NCBI GenBank assembly: GCA_002104945.1
Contig: MCFH01000004.1
Location: 1,054,001 to 1,118,000 of the forward strand
Reading direction: 5' to 3'
Length of the DNA stretch: 64,000 bases
Source: Piromyces finnis finn
Lineage: Eukaryota > Fungi > Neocallimastigomycota
The stretch's first letter is position 1. Each line of letters begins with the position of its first letter. Shown here one piece after another: positions 1 to 14,978 of this stretch. The notes below the pieces were generated by a model, which saw only the letters and a program-made list of their open reading frames with translations, did not search any database and was not told the DNA's origin. The position numbers were made by a program, and so were the translations under genes.

Positions 1-24
1 TTTCACCAAGAATTTAAAATTTAC

Positions 25-79
<55 letters not shown>

Positions 80-80
80 C

Positions 81-151
<71 letters not shown>

Positions 152-210
152 CTTATTTATTTATTTATTTATTTAGTTAGTTAGTTAGTTATTTATTTAT
201 TTATTTATTC
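25..210. repeat. (TTTA)n microsatellite with TTAG/TTCA variants
   Basis: Direct tandem 4-mer array at the window start. Confidence 0.95.
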
Positions 211-1155
211 AGTCATTCATTCATTTATTATTTTTCTATTAATTGCTATATTTACTAATTTTAAAATAAAGTAATTGTAGCTTAATTATCGGTTAAAAGT
301 AAATAGTAAAAAAAAAAAAGAAATATTAAATAATAGAAATAAATACCATTCTCTTCTTTATTACACTTTTTTTATTTTTACACTCATTGTAAATTTTAAA
401 AGAAAGTTTTAATATGTTAAGTATTATCCTCCATAAAAAATTTTTCCTCTTTCTTTTCATTGGGTATAGCATAATTAATCAAGTAGCCTTTTATTATATC
501 AATTTAACTTTACTCATTTTTGGATATTTTATATTATGTGTATGTAACATTGATTAATAAAGTATTATATAGAAAAGTAAATATTAACGTTTCGTAATTA
601 AAAGAATGAGTTTTAATTAATACCAAAGAAAACTTGTAACATTATTTCTTAATAAAATGAAAAATTAAAGTTAAAAATAAACTATATAACTATTAATATA
701 TGGGGAAAAAATAATATAAATTAACTTTTCAAAATATTTTTTTTATTTTTTTTTTTTTTTTTTTTGGTATAATAAATATGAATTTTTTTTTAATTTAAAA
801 TCGTTTAATTAAATAAAAAAAAATTGTAAATAGCATTCCAGAAATTAAATACATTCTAAAATTATTTTTTAATTTAAATATAAATTCATATATAGCATAA
901 CATAAAAATAAGATTTTATTAATATATATCATCTATTTTATCTATTTTAAATTATAATACAATTTAGTAAATTATTCTATATACCTTTAAATAACTAAAT
1001 AATATATATAACACCAACTATATCTATCATAGATATAAATACGTATATATTATTAATACATTTAAAAAGAAAAAAGGAAACATTACTATTCTAAATTAGT
1101 ATTCATTTCTAATCAAATATTTTTAAATATTTTGAGTATAAATATCTTTAACAAG

Positions 1156-4100
1156 ATGGATAATCAAATGAATGTTGCTAACATTCCATCTGTTGAAGAA
1201 GTTGAAAATGTAATTATACAAGAAAATATTTAATATCATTGTCTCTTATAATAATTGTTTATTCCATAAATTATAGTCTATTATTAAAAATATATCTAAA
1301 AGAAAAGAAAAGAAAAAGAATAATGATAATGATTACTTAACAAAAAACTGTTTTATTGAATTATATTTAAATGATTAAATATTTAAATATACTTTAACCT
1401 ATGAATTTTAATTTATATAAATAAACAAAAAATTATTAATGTTGATAATTAATGATAAATATATATAAAAATCAAAACATAATTGAAAGAGAAAATAAAC
1501 ACAAAAAGAAAAATAAGAAATTTTCTAAGAAAAATATATACATATATATACTCTCATTCTAACATTTTAATAATATACAATTAAACAATATCAAAGGTTA
1601 TAAATCAATTTTATGAAAGTTCAAACGATGAAATTAGAAAACCAGCTGAACATTGGTTACATGAACTTCAAAAACAACCATATGCATGGAGGCTTCCAGC
1701 TCAATTACTTAATTCATCTGTAATTAAACTATAAATAATAATTTTTCAAAAAAATTCAAATCATACTATATAAAATATATTTTATTCCAAATTATTTATT
1801 AATTGAAATTGATAAATTATATATATAATATGAATTGAACATTTATAGCAAGTAAGTTCTCAATTCTTTGGTGCTCATACATTTCAAGTTAAAATCTTAA
1901 GAGATTGGTATAACATTATAATATTTGTTTTATTTTATTTTTATTGAATATAAATTTCATAGTAATAGTATTAATATTTAATTATTTTATTAATAATAAT
2001 ATTAATAAAGGAATACTTTGGACCCAAATGAAATTATTCCTCTTAAAAATGAACTTATTTCATGGATTAAAAAATACTCTGGAAGTACTCAAATTGTTTT
2101 AACAAAATTATGTTTAGCTGTGAAGTATCCATAAATAATATTTAATAAATTATCAAGTATTCTTTTTTCTTAATATATAAAAAATAAATCCTAATATTTT
2201 ATATAAATAAAGCTTACATCATTTGCATTACAAGCTTCACCGGAAATTTGGCCTAATTTTATTTCTTCAGTCATTGATGAAATTAATTCAGAAGAACAGA
2301 GACCAGATTTAGATGATAATGCAAAACTTAATTTAGAATTAGCTAAACTTGAATTTTTAACTGTTGTTCCAGAACAAGCTTCAACTGCTCAACTTCTAGC
2401 AAACAGAAAGTAATACATTTTATTTTAATAAATTAAATAAATTATCATGCTACTAATATTTTATTAATTATTTTTATAAAAAAAAAAATATATTTATAGA
2501 GGAAAAATTACCGAAGAACTAACAAATGGATTTTTACTCGTTCTTAATATCATAAATCAAATATTATCTATAAAAGAAAAGAATGATTCAATAATTAAAC
2601 TACAACAAAAAAGTTTAAAATGTCTTCAATCATGGATTCAATATGATCTACCAATTTCGTAAATAATCCTATTATTATATAAAAAATAATGTTGAAATGA
2701 TTATTATTTTTTATCATATTATTAATAAGTAAATTGAATCTAAATATAGAACTTTAGAAGCCATAATTAGTTCAACAATAAATGCATTAATAGAAGTTGA
2801 AAATTTCCAACCTGCTGCAGAAGTATTAATCGAACTATTAACACATCCATCATCAAGAAGATTTGAAAAAACACTATGTGACAATATATTAAAAGCAATT
2901 ACAACAGGATGGATATATAATGAATTCAATAATACCATAGAAAGTATTTATTTTTTGAAAATTTAACACATATGTATAAAAATTAAAATTAAATCGATAA
3001 ATTATTAAATATATATACTTATTCATTATAATTGTAATATATATATGTTTAAAGATGAAGATGAAGAAAGTGTAAGAACAATTTGTAAATTAATGACAAC
3101 TCTTGGGGAAGAATTTACTGAATATATTGCTATTAACTTTTTAAGACCAGATATTATAACTTTCTTAAAAATGATAATGGCATGTACAGCGTTTCCGGGT
3201 TATCCAGCCATTGATCAAGATATAACGTAAATTTTTATTAAAATAGATATCCTTAATCCTCATAAAATAAAAATAAAGAAATAATACATATGAATATACT
3301 GTTAATCGTATTTCTTGATTAAATACTACTATATAAATAATTATACATATCGACAAAGCGACACAACATATAATTTTTGGTTCCTTTTAACTGAAATAAT
3401 TGAGGATCCATACGTTATACCATTACCAAAAACAAATAATAATCCTGATGATAATGATGTTTTTATTTTCAGAAGTCAACCATCTTCAGCATCAGGTTCC
3501 CAATTAACACCAGAACAAGGATTACAAATTAGAAATGCTAGTATGGAAGTTTTTCGTCAATTAATTGAAATTATTAGACAAAAAATGCAATATCCTACAG
3601 ATGAAGAAAAAAGATCATGGAAAAGAGGTAAATTAAATAATTAATTACGCCTAATTTCAATATCATTTTAAAAATGTATAATTACAACTATATATATATA
3701 TTTCTATATTAATATTCATAATAATTCTAATATATAATATAACAATAATACAAAAATTTATTTTGTGTAAAAAAAAGAAAACTTTGAAAATTTCAATGCT
3801 TCAAGAAGAGAAGCTGGTGATACCATTATTTCTGCTTATTCCATTGTTAAAGATCAATCCTTGGATTATTTAGTAAATTTATGTAAGGAAGAATTAGATA
3901 AGATCTACAACGGTAGCTCATGTTGGCAAGTATGTATTAAATAATTAAATTTATACTATTATTCTCTTTTTCTTCAATCATATATTTTAGTAACATTTAA
4001 TAAAAAATTATTTTCATAAAAACCATCACCTATTGATATGAAAAAATAAAGATTTTAGAATCAAGTTTACAATGTTTAAAAGCCATTTCTGAAGCCATTG

Positions 4101-4775
4101 ATATGAGAGAGAATATATATATTTCAAAATTATTTAGTGATGATATATTTAAAAAGATTAGTAATTTACCAAAAGATCATTTTAATAGAGTTAAGATTAC
4201 AATGCTTAATTTAATTGGTAATATATTATTTTATTATTTTATATATAATAATAAATTAATAGCACAAATTAATTAATAATTATATTATATTATATATTAC
4301 CATTTCCTAATTAAGCTTCATATGCTGAATGGTTAAAAAATCATGATACATTTATACCTAATGTAATGGACTTTATTATCAATAGTATTTCGCAACAGGT
4401 ATTATTGTTACCAGCTTCCAAAGCATTCTTAGAAGTTTGTAATCATTGTAAAAAGTCATTAGTAAATTATATTGATATTTTAGTTAATATATATTTACAA
4501 CTTCCTGATTCAATAGTTTGTATCTCTTTTTTATTATTATTAATTATTATAAACTTTTAAAAAATTAAAATTTGAATAATAAATAACATAAAAATCTATT
4601 CCTATGGTTTAATACTATTAGCAAAGAGAAAGATCAAGAATAGTACAAGCCTTAGCTGAAGTTTTACAAACATTACCAAATGAACGTTCTATTCCAATTA
4701 TGTTATTACTACAAAATAACCTTCAAGAAAAAATAAAAGAAACATTGATTAAAATAAATAATGTAATTTTTTTTT

Positions 4776-4815
<40 letters not shown>

Positions 4816-6726
4816 ATATATATTACATTATATACCAGATATACATAATCAAATTATATTAACATTGAACTTTTTTTCTTATTTATTTATTCTACATTAT
4901 TTTTATAAAAAAAAAAAAAAAAAAAAGTCTAATGACCAAAATCCCTTTAAAGAACTTATTGAAATACAACTTAATCATATGGTAGCATTTGCTAAAGGAA
5001 TTATTCCACCAGATGAAAATAGTTTCATTGACATTGAAGAACAAGTCGAATATGAATCAAATATTAATAAAAATAATAAAATAGTATTAAGCCAAGAAGA
5101 ACTACAGCAATTTGAAATATTATCAAATGGATGTTATGAAATTATTGAAATGATATTTAGATTATATAATAATGATTATGAAATCATGTCTGTAAGTAAC
5201 TTTTTTTTTTTTAATCTATTTATATCTAATCTACATGATGTTTATTTTACAATAAATAAAAATAGAAATAAATATTATATATCAAGACGTTATATATAAC
5301 ATTTTTATTATTTATTGTAATAGATTATGTCTCAATTTATCAAATTTTCATTTAGAAGTGTATTACCATTCCTATCACCAAAAATGGAATTGCTTACTTT
5401 ATTATTATGTTCTTGTTATGAAGTTTCCAAACAAAGTAATATTTTAATAATTGTCAAAGATCTATTATGGGTTTATTCATCATACAACAAATATCCATGT
5501 TCATTATTAGAAATAAATAATGATCCAATTAAAATAGATAGAAATATTGTTCTTCTTTTAACTTCTGTTACTCAAGCAACAATTCAATATTTAAATTCCG
5601 AAATTGGTAAATAATATAATATTAATTATTATGAATTGGAATTCTTTTATATATTAATATTCAATATATAAAAATTAGCTGTTTCACAAAATAGGGATAC
5701 TGTTCATTTCTTCTTTAGTATGTTAATAGAAGTAAATATCATTTAAATAATATTTCCTAATAATGATTTATTATTCTATTATATAAAATTTTTATAAACC
5801 ATATTATTAAAATAATATCATCATATTTATATATATTTAGTTTATTAGTATAAAGCCAACTATATTTAAAAACCTTCAACCAGAACTATTGGAAAAAATA
5901 TTTGGTTTACTTTTAATTGCCTTAAAGGTTCAAGATGACAAGTTTGCATTACAACATGTTAAAAAATTCTTGGTTTGTATTAAAATAATTAAATGAAATA
6001 GTACATAATACCGCCTATATAAATAACAAATTCCTAATGATAAAATATATATATAAATAAAAAGATTACCTTTATTTTATGTGATGATGAAACTTCTGAA
6101 TTAAAAGATATATCTCATCAAGTGATGTTAATTATTGGAAATAACATAATTAGAGAAGTGTTATATGTAATTATTAAAATAATAATTATTGAAATTTTTT
6201 TAATTATAAAAATATATTTAATAACTTTTAAAACAATTGTCATAGGGAATTGGTGGTGGTAAACCTCGTTCATTAATAATTGTTTTAACAGAAATTCTAT
6301 TTAAAATGAAAGTTAAATATCCAAATAATGTTAACGAATGGCTTAATGCCTTACTTTCACAAGTAGGTGTTACCTCTTGAGTATTATTATAATAGAATTA
6401 AAAAAAAATATTCAAAAATTAATCATTATCATAATAACTAACATAATACATAGGATGGTTTCCCGTCAAAGCATGTGGATAATACTGTAAAGCAACAATT
6501 TATAAAAGATGTCCTAAGGTAGTTTTTTTTTTTTTTTTTCTTTAATAAAAAATATTATATTCCTATTTGAATTTAACTTCATTCTTAGCTTACTAATGGA
6601 TCAAATAAATTTTTAAATAATTTTATTTAAAGTACAAGACAATATCAAAAGTTTAAAACTGTTATAACAGAATTCAGTATTAGATGTAGAAACTTACAAG
6701 GAACATCATTTGGTTCAGCATTTTAA
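1156..6726 (+). CDS. IPO13: Importin-13-like karyopherin-beta (multi-exon)
   Basis: Spliced by eye: MDNQMNVANIPSVEEVEN|VINQFYESSNDEIRKPAEHWLHELQKQPYAW...QFFGAHTFQVKILRDW...TKLCLA|LTSFALQ...FPGYPAIDQDITDTTYNFW...FSIRCRNLQGTSFGSAF*. The N-terminal IBN-like segment and the C-terminal CRxLxGT motif match the importin-13/transportin-SR family. GT-AG introns throughout. Confidence 0.8.
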
Positions 6727-7314
6727 TTTATAATGCTATAATATTTTAATTCATCTTATTGATTAGATATAAAATATCTACATAAAATCAATATATATAT
6801 ATTATTATTTTATTCTTTTTATTATTATTATTATTTTCAATTTTTACTTTATAAAAATTAATTTAAATAATATCTTAATTTCAAATTATAAAAAAAAAAA
6901 AAAAATACATAAAAACACCTATTATACATTATTTAATATCAAATTAATTAAATAAAAGCATATATATAATTTATTAAAAGTTTTTTTTATTTTTTTTATG
7001 TTTTTTCTCTTTGTTTTTTGTTTGTTTGTTTGTTTGTTTGCCTTATTTTCAATAAAATACACAAAAGATTTTTCTATATTCAAAACCATAATTTTAAAAA
7101 AAAAAAAAATTAATTTATATTTATAATATTTAATTTAATGTTAACCTATAGTTTAGTATAAAAATTCGAATTTCAATCCAATCATTAATAACAAAATTGA
7201 GCAATTTTAAATTTAAAAAAAAAAAAAAAAAAATTGAAATTATATTAAAAGTGTTGAAATTATTATTGACTTTTTTAAATAATTTTTAAAAAGATTTAAA
7301 AAAAAAAAAAAAAA

Positions 7315-7866
7315 ATGGCTGTTGCTCAACCAGATAATCAACAAATTTTCGAAAAAATTGTTGAACTTATTTTTTCAAATTGGACAGCACTTCAATTAGC
7401 TGTTGACCACTCTTTAGCTGGTTTAAAAACACAAGAATTTTATCAAAATTTATATGAAGAAGTAATTAATATTTTTAAGGTTTACAAGGATCAAGTCGAA
7501 GTTTCTGATTTAAATGAAAACTTTTTAGACTTCTTTAGTGAAATTTTCAATATGGATGTTGAAGATGATTCACCAAAACAAGTTGGAATGTTATTAGTTG
7601 ATTCATACAAAAAAACTTTTATTGAAGGAACTGGTATGGAAGTTTACAATAATCTTTTAGCAAAAGGAAAAAGTAATGCTAATAAATTAAGTCAAGTTCA
7701 AGGTGATGATGATGATAGTGATGATGATAATGATTTTGATAATGGTGATTCTATGGATACAGATGAAGCTACCACTTCACAACCAACTTATCATCGTGAA
7801 CCAAGAAGTAAAAAGGTTATTGATGAAGATGGCTGGGAAACTGTTACTAGTCGTCGTCGCCGTTAA
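7315..7866 (+). CDS. TSR2: Pre-rRNA-processing protein TSR2 (single exon)
   Basis: 183-aa ORF with FSNWTALQLAVDH (WGG/TSR2 domain), FNMDVEDDSPKQVG, an acidic tail and terminal DEDGWETV-RRRR. Confidence 0.9.
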   Translation: MAVAQPDNQQIFEKIVELIFSNWTALQLAVDHSLAGLKTQEFYQNLYEEVINIFKVYKDQVEVSDLNENFLDFFSEIFNMDVEDDSPKQVGMLLVDSYKKTFIEGTGMEVYNNLLAKGKSNANKLSQVQGDDDDSDDDNDFDNGDSMDTDEATTSQPTYHREPRSKKVIDEDGWETVTSRRRR

Positions 7867-9568
7867 AATTAGCGTCAATATTTTTTTATATAAGAAAAAA
7901 ATGTTATTATCAAAATAAATTAAAGAATTATTTTTCGTTATATTTATTAATATAATTTATAATCATTTAATAGAATTTTAAATACAGGAGTATCATTATC
8001 ATATATATACATCAAATTAAATTTATTCACACTATAATAAAAGAACTATATAACATTTAATGACAAATCAATTGTAAATACAATTAATAAATTAAATAAA
8101 ATTTAAAAGTAATATAAAATTCTTTTTATATATATATATAATTTTTAATATTATATTAGGCTTCTTAGCCGTCTTTTCAAATTATAATACTATACATAAA
8201 ATTTAGTTATAAATATGCACTGGTTCTATTAACATATTAACCCTTAAATTATAAATAATTTTTCCAATGTTTTTCCTTTTTTTATATATGTAACGCCAAT
8301 TGTAATTTCGTAATTTCCTATAGCACTTTTTTTTTTCATCTTGTTTTTGTATGTTAATGAAGAATAAGTAGAGTTACACGAGTCAAATTTTTAGTGTTAA
8401 AAATGTCAATGAATTGATCAGAATTTTCACGTGATAAAGTGTATATTAGCACATAGAAATATTGAGTATTAACATAAAATTAAGGCTGAATAATAAATTT
8501 TTTATAACTAATATCAATTGAGTATTATATATGTTAATATTTCTGTATTATTTATTGACAAATATATTAAATTAAATGTAATATATCAATGATACACGTA
8601 TAATATTAAAAAAAAAAGATTTCAAAAAAAAAAAAATATAGAAAGTTAATTAATTAATATTTTAATTAAAAATAAAAAGTTCAATTATACATCTTTAAAA
8701 ATAGTGTCAAGGGAAAAATGGTTCAAAAATGATGAAATAGATTGTTTTTTGTTTTTAAAAAAGTCATTTTATATAATATAATATTATTTTAAAGCTGTCC
8801 TAAATACCTAAATAACTACAATTTTTATAGAAGCAAATAATAAATTATTTCTTTTTTTAAAAAAAAAAAAAAAAAAAGATATATTCTAATAAATATTATT
8901 TTTTTTTTCCTCTTCAATTTTTTAATTATTAGCCTAATATTTAAAAAAGATTTAATATATTATAATCTAATATATATTATTAGTAGTAGACATACTATTT
9001 AATATATCTGAAATAGTTATATATTAATATTACCAATATATTTATTTTATTTTTAAATTATAATATAAAAATAATTTTATTTAAAATACTATTATATTAA
9101 ATATTCTTTTCATTTTTAAAAAAAAAAATAAAATAAAAGGGACTCTTTTTTTTAAAATAATAAAAAAAAGGTAACTATTATATTTTATATAGTATTATAT
9201 GGTATTCCTTTTTTTTTTTTTTGGTTATAAAAATTATTATTTTAAGCATAATATTATAAATATGTTAGTGTAAATTAAAAATTAATAATAATAAATATAT
9301 AAATAAATAATAATGTGTCAAGTGAAATAAATGAAAAAATTGTTTAATAATTAGAAAAAGGATTTATAGTATTTTTTACTTTAAAAAAGAAAGAAAAAAA
9401 GTGAAAAGAAAAGGGAGAAGGGAAAAAGGAGAAAAAGAAATATTAAAAGAAAAAAAGATTTAAAATAAATAAATTTTATAATTTACATTGAAAATTTTAT
9501 ATAATTTATTTACATAATACTAACTTTAAAATTATTTTATACATTGAATTTATTAAAGATAAATAAAA

Positions 9569-11739
9569 ATGGAATCAAAAGACCCAAAAAGTCCAATTTC
9601 CAAAGAGGCTTTTACTAGTAAAGCAAATGATATTGATTACGTTTTAATTTTCAATACTACTAAAAATGTTATTCCACCAAAAGAAATTGTTGAAAGTGAA
9701 GATTTTATTAAAGGTATTAATGAAGTTTCTTCTGAAGGAAAACAATTCTCTGACCAACGTCAATTATATGTTTTATATTACTGGAAGAACTTATGCAAAA
9801 TTTTATTAGCTGTTGGTTTAGAATTCAAAGTAAAAAAATTAAAGGAAGGTTACCTTGCCTTATGTCTTCACTGTCCAGAAGACGTCTTAGCAGTTGAATA
9901 TTATAAATTCCGGTAATTTTAACAATTTATTAATAGTGATGTTTATATAAAATTTTAATACAATAATATAGATAGATTTTTAGATCCAATTATTAATCTA
10001 TAATATATATGCTACTTTAATATACACTTTTTTAAATTATAGTGTTCAAGAATATTTAAGAGGTATTGGTGTTGCAAGCGCTGACTTTGATGAATTAGAT
10101 ATCAATGATCCAGATGTTCAAAAAAGTATCGCTGAAAAATTACCAACTTCTGATCGTCTCTATATTATCTATAATTTATTAACTCGTCCAACTTGGGAAG
10201 GTGGTGTTGGTATTTCCACTGAAACAGAAGGTGGTTGGCATCAAACTGGTGGTATGTACTTAGAAAGCTTCTTTACCCTCCACAACAAAGAATTAAATAA
10301 CGTAGGTTTCGCTTAATAATTAACAAAATAAAATTTTATGCTATAAGATGACCTAATAATATTTAATAATGCAAACTCGTTTTAATTATTATAAATAGAA
10401 ATGGATCAAACACTGGTCCAAGAAGTATATTCTTTCTACCGATGATATGACTGATATTCGTAATCACTTCGGTACTAGAGTAAGTTCATTTTAAATATTT
10501 TTATAAGTAATTTAGTAACCTTAAATATAAATAATTGGTAATTTAATTAAAAATATCATTATAAATTTTTAGGTTTCTTATTACTTTGCTTTCTTACAAA
10601 AATACTTTATGTCTTTACTTCCACCAGCTATTGTAGGTTTACTTGCTTTCTTCTTTGATAGAAGATTTTCAATTTTCTACGGTATTTTTATTGTAAGTTA
10701 TTCAAATACTAAACAATATGTTATTACACTAGTAATAATTTACAATATCAAAAATATAATTATTCATTACATCAATATATATAATTTATAGGTTTTATAT
10801 GGAATATTCTTTATCATTTTATGGAACCGTCATGCAGATCAACTCGCCATTTTATGGAATGTAAAGAACTGTTCGACAAATGAAAAAGTTAGACCAGAAT
10901 TCAGACCACAAAAAATGGTAAAAGACAAAGTTACTGGAGATTATGTTCCATATTATCCAAATTGGAAAAGATGGGTTAAACGTGTTTGCTTAACTTATCC
11001 ATTTATTTTCTTATGTGCTATTTTTACTGTAATGGTCTTCTTCTGTGTTATCTGTATTGAAATTTGGGTTCGTGATCTTTACCAAGGTCCATTCAAAACT
11101 ATCATGGTAATTCAATATATTTTATAAATACAAAATATAGTTGATATTCTTAAATACTAAACTAAAAAAATCATCATTTTTGTAGGTTTACATTCCAACA
11201 GCAATTTATAGTACTTTCATTCCATTCTTAAATGGTATTTACTTAAGTTTCGCTAGAAAATTCAACAATTTCGAAAACTACGTTACCAAAGTCGAATATG
11301 ATAATCGTTACGCCGAAAAAGTTTTCGTTTTCTACTTTTTAAATTCCTTCATGTCTTTAATCGTCGTCGGCTGGGCTTATATTCCATTCTCTAAGCAATT
11401 CATTTCTTTATTAAAATTAACTCCATTGGGTTCTCTTATTACTGATATCCCATTACCAGGACCAGAAAGATTAGTAGGTAATTACGTTTATGTTATTTTA
11501 ACTGGTCAAGTCTTAAATCTCTTCCAAGAAACTATTATTCCATATCTTAGTAGAAAAATCACTGGTGCTGCTTTTGGTGCTATTTCTAACAAAGATAAGG
11601 ATGAAGAAAAGGATACTGATCCAATTGTTAAACAAATTGAAAAAGAAATGGAACTTCCAATTTATGATGGTAAATATACATTTAGTAATATAAATATAAA
11701 AAATCTAGCAATATATATATATATATATATATTAATAAG

Positions 11740-11815
<76 letters not shown>

Positions 11816-12698
11816 CTTACTAATATTAATATTATTTTCTTTATACAGTTAATGATGATTACTCTGAAATGGTTGTTCAATTTGGTTATGTTTCCTTATT
11901 CTCAATTGTATGGCCACTTGGTTCAGTTATTTCATTTATCAATAACTGGGTTGAATTAAGATCTGATGCTGTAAAAATGTGTATTAACTACCGGTAAATT
12001 TTCTATTTTAAAAAATAGCAAGATTTTATTATTTAAAATAAATATTTTATTAATAAATTTTTTGGTTTTAATGTTTTAATATTTTAGTCGCCCATATCCA
12101 CAAAGATCAGAAAATATCGGACCATGGATTGGTATTTTAGTACGTAGATATGAATTATTAAAAAAATACATGAAAAAAATATTTCAAAAAAAAAAAAGTT
12201 ATTATTAGTATAATTATTGTATAGAAATGGATTATTAATCTAATATTTTTCTTTTTAAAAAAACAATAAAATTAGTCTCTTTTATCATGGCTTTCATCAT
12301 TAACTAATGCTTGGTTTGTTTCTGTTTTCAGATATTGGGAACCAAGAGATCAAAGAAGTACTACTGATATAAATTACAAGGGATTAGTTACTACTCTTGC
12401 AATAGTAATTATTTCTGAACATCTTTACTTCCTCATAAAAATTCTTGGAAATAGTTTCTTCATGGAATGTGTTCCAGGAAAGAGAGATCACATTGTAAAG
12501 AAAGCTGAAATGGAATCTAAAAATAGAATTCTTCGTAAGGTTGGTATCTGTGGTAGCCAAATTGACTTAATAAAGACTGCTGAATCCCCAGAATTCCAAT
12601 TAAAACAAAACACCTCCTATGGTATAGCTCTCAACGCAATTTATGAAAAATTCAACAAAGAAAACTCATCTGTAAAAGAAAATAAAAAAGACTTATAA
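9569..12698 (+). CDS. Anoctamin/TMEM16 family Ca-activated channel or scramblase (multi-exon)
   Basis: Motifs DYVLIF, IRNHFGTRVSYYFAFL, ENYVTKVEYDNRYAEKVFVFYFLNSF, DYSEMVVQFGYVSLFSIVWPL, NNWVELRSDAVKMC and RRPYPQRSENIGPW, joined by GT-AG introns. Confidence 0.92.
11740..11812. repeat. (AAT)n microsatellite in an anoctamin intron
   Basis: Pure AAT tandem array after the GTAAAT donor near 11669. Confidence 0.9.
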
Positions 12699-13567
12699 GA
12701 AATAATATAAAAAAGATTTTTTGGCTTATTTTTTTTCAATTTTAAGTTTACAAATTTAAAATTAAAGAAAAATAAAGTTAAAAGTACATTAATGATTATC
12801 TTTAAAAAAAAAAAAAAAAGACTAAAGACTAAAAACTAAAGACTAAAACAAAACGAAAAAAAAAAAAAAAAAAAAATTAAAGATAAAATTATTAACATTA
12901 GTATATAATTGATAAATAAATAAATAAATAAAATAAAAAATAACAAATAATATTTATTAAAAAAAATTTTTTTTTTTCAATAATAATTAAATATTATTAT
13001 ATCGGTATATCTTTATTTTTGTTTTTTTTTTGTTTTTTTTTGTTTTTTTTTCTTGTTTTTATGGGATTAACTCTACTGAAATGTATTATGCGTAGTCTTA
13101 ACGAACCATTTAAAATATATATAATACAATAAGAATTAAAAAATTATTAAAATTAAAATAGATATAGATGATAGATATTTTTCCTTAATGAATAAATCTA
13201 AACACATGTTAAAGAATTTTGTAGTAACAATAGATAAAAAAAAAAAAAAAAAAAAAGATTCAATTAATTTTGAGGAATTTCTAAAGGTTTAGTTATACTA
13301 GAAAGCAAAATAACAAATATAAATATGGTTATTATTCCTATTACTAATTACTATTAATTAATTTCTATATATACATTTTATCCTTTTAATATTATAATAA
13401 TATCACACAATGACATAGTTTCATTATGATTTTTTTTTTTCTTTTTTTTTTTTTTTTTTGTTATTTATTTATTGGTTTGTTTATTAATTTATTCTTTATA
13501 ATTGTTTTTTTTTTTTTTTTTTTAAAGTAGAATGATTAAATTGAAAATGTATACTTATAAAAAATAA

Positions 13568-13599
<32 letters not shown>

Positions 13600-13901
13600 A
13601 GAGATTGATATTCATTTTATATTACATAAAATAAATTAATTAAAAATAAATTTTATTGTTATTTTTCTTGATTTTACTATTTAATTATAAAAAAGCATTT
13701 TCATCCCTTTATACACAATTCAATGTACGTATCAAGTATGATTATAAATATAATAACCCTTTCTCTTTTTTTTTTTTTTTTTATTATTATTATTACAATA
13801 ACATTTTCTGTAATAATATGATAATAAATAAAATGAAACTTACATTATTTTAAAAAAAAACACTAATAAAATAAAAGGGTTTTAAAAAAGGTTATTTATG
13901 T

Positions 13902-14978
13902 TTACTTGCGTTGTAAAGCCTTGACCATGAACATTTTAGTCATGCTTGGACCAGCAAATTGTTTTATTTGCTTGCAGTGCATTTCCATTCTTCTAGAAAC
14001 TAATGGGATATCAAGTTCGAAAGAACCGTTAGAGTAAAGTTTTTCAAGGTTTGGAGAAGTTAATTGAAGATCTTCATCAGTGTATTTTTCTGGTTGACCT
14101 TTGCTAACAAGTTCCTTGTTTTCCTTAATTTTCATTTGGTTACTAGCCTTAATCTTGTTAAGTTCCATTTGAACTTGTTTGTACCAGTTGTTGAAAGTCA
14201 TTTGGTTTCTGTTATTCTTATCTATTTCTAAGTTTAATATTTCAAGTTTCTTAATGAGATAGTCTTCGAAATCTAAATCAAGAGCTTCATTATTTTGAGT
14301 TTCTGGAACTAATAAATCAATATTCTTATTTAAGAAGTTTGGAGATGGTTGAGAAAGAACAGAATTAGCATCAACTTGTAAAGTGTTGAGTTCGTCGTAT
14401 TGACTAATTAAACAATCATCATAAATGTTGTTCTTAATTTTAATTGGAATGTTTTCAAAAATCTTAGAAGAATTTAATTTCTTGTTCATATAAGCCTTAA
14501 CATCAAATTCCTTTTCTTTGTAAACTTTCATGAATTCATCAGTAAGTCTGTAAGCATGAAGGTTAATGTTACCTTGAGAAGAACGAACTGGATCGTAAAC
14601 AATAACAACAGATTGTTGAATAGCAGCTTGATAGTTATATTGATTTTCAATGAAAGTGGCATCCCAGAGATTGTTGTCAGCAGTTCTATACCAACCAACA
14701 GTATTAACATCAAAATTCATGTTTCTTAAATTAGTTAACATTCTTAATTGGTAATCAGCACCAGCATTTTGATCTTCCATGTTATCAGCACTAGAGCTTG
14801 AGAATGGGAAACTGTAAGTAATCTTAAGGGTATCCTTAATATCAATACCAAGAATTTGACCAGTAACAGTAGCTGGTAAAGATTCTTGACAGTGCTTAAC
14901 AATTTGAAGAACAACTAAAGAATCAAGTTCGATTTCCTTAATTGGAGTGGTTTCTAAATATTCTTCATAATTTTCCAT
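13902..14978 (-). CDS. EIF3H: Translation initiation factor eIF3 subunit H (MPN domain, intronless)
   Basis: IELDSLVVLQIVKHCQE...VTGQILGID...ITYSFPF...VGWY...NQYNYQ...SVVIVYDP...AYRLT, with C-terminal KMFMVKALQ, matches eIF3h. Confidence 0.9.
   Translation of the reverse strand: MENYEEYLETTPIKEIELDSLVVLQIVKHCQESLPATVTGQILGIDIKDTLKITYSFPFSSSSADNMEDQNAGADYQLRMLTNLRNMNFDVNTVGWYRTADNNLWDATFIENQYNYQAAIQQSVVIVYDPVRSSQGNINLHAYRLTDEFMKVYKEKEFDVKAYMNKKLNSSKIFENIPIKIKNNIYDDCLISQYDELNTLQVDANSVLSQPSPNFLNKNIDLLVPETQNNEALDLDFEDYLIKKLEILNLEIDKNNRNQMTFNNWYKQVQMELNKIKASNQMKIKENKELVSKGQPEKYTDEDLQLTSPNLEKLYSNGSFELDIPLVSRRMEMHCKQIKQFAGPSMTKMFMVKALQRK

Noticed and set aside
2120-2130. GTATCC (U12-like donor) at 2125 in an importin intron
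   Set aside because: The protein frame (LCLA|LTSFALQ) needs the phase-0 GTGAAG donor at 2120, and the motif lacks the TT extension.
3247-3257. ATATCCTTAAT inside an importin intron, resembling both a U12 donor and a branch point
   Set aside because: The GTAAAT...AAG intron already gives a correct-length conserved segment, and AG dinucleotides lie between this motif and the acceptor.
7315-14978. Intronless TSR2 and eIF3h as possible retrogenes or HGT
   Set aside because: Both are complete eukaryote-specific genes with no visible poly-A scar or TSD; lack of introns alone is not informative.
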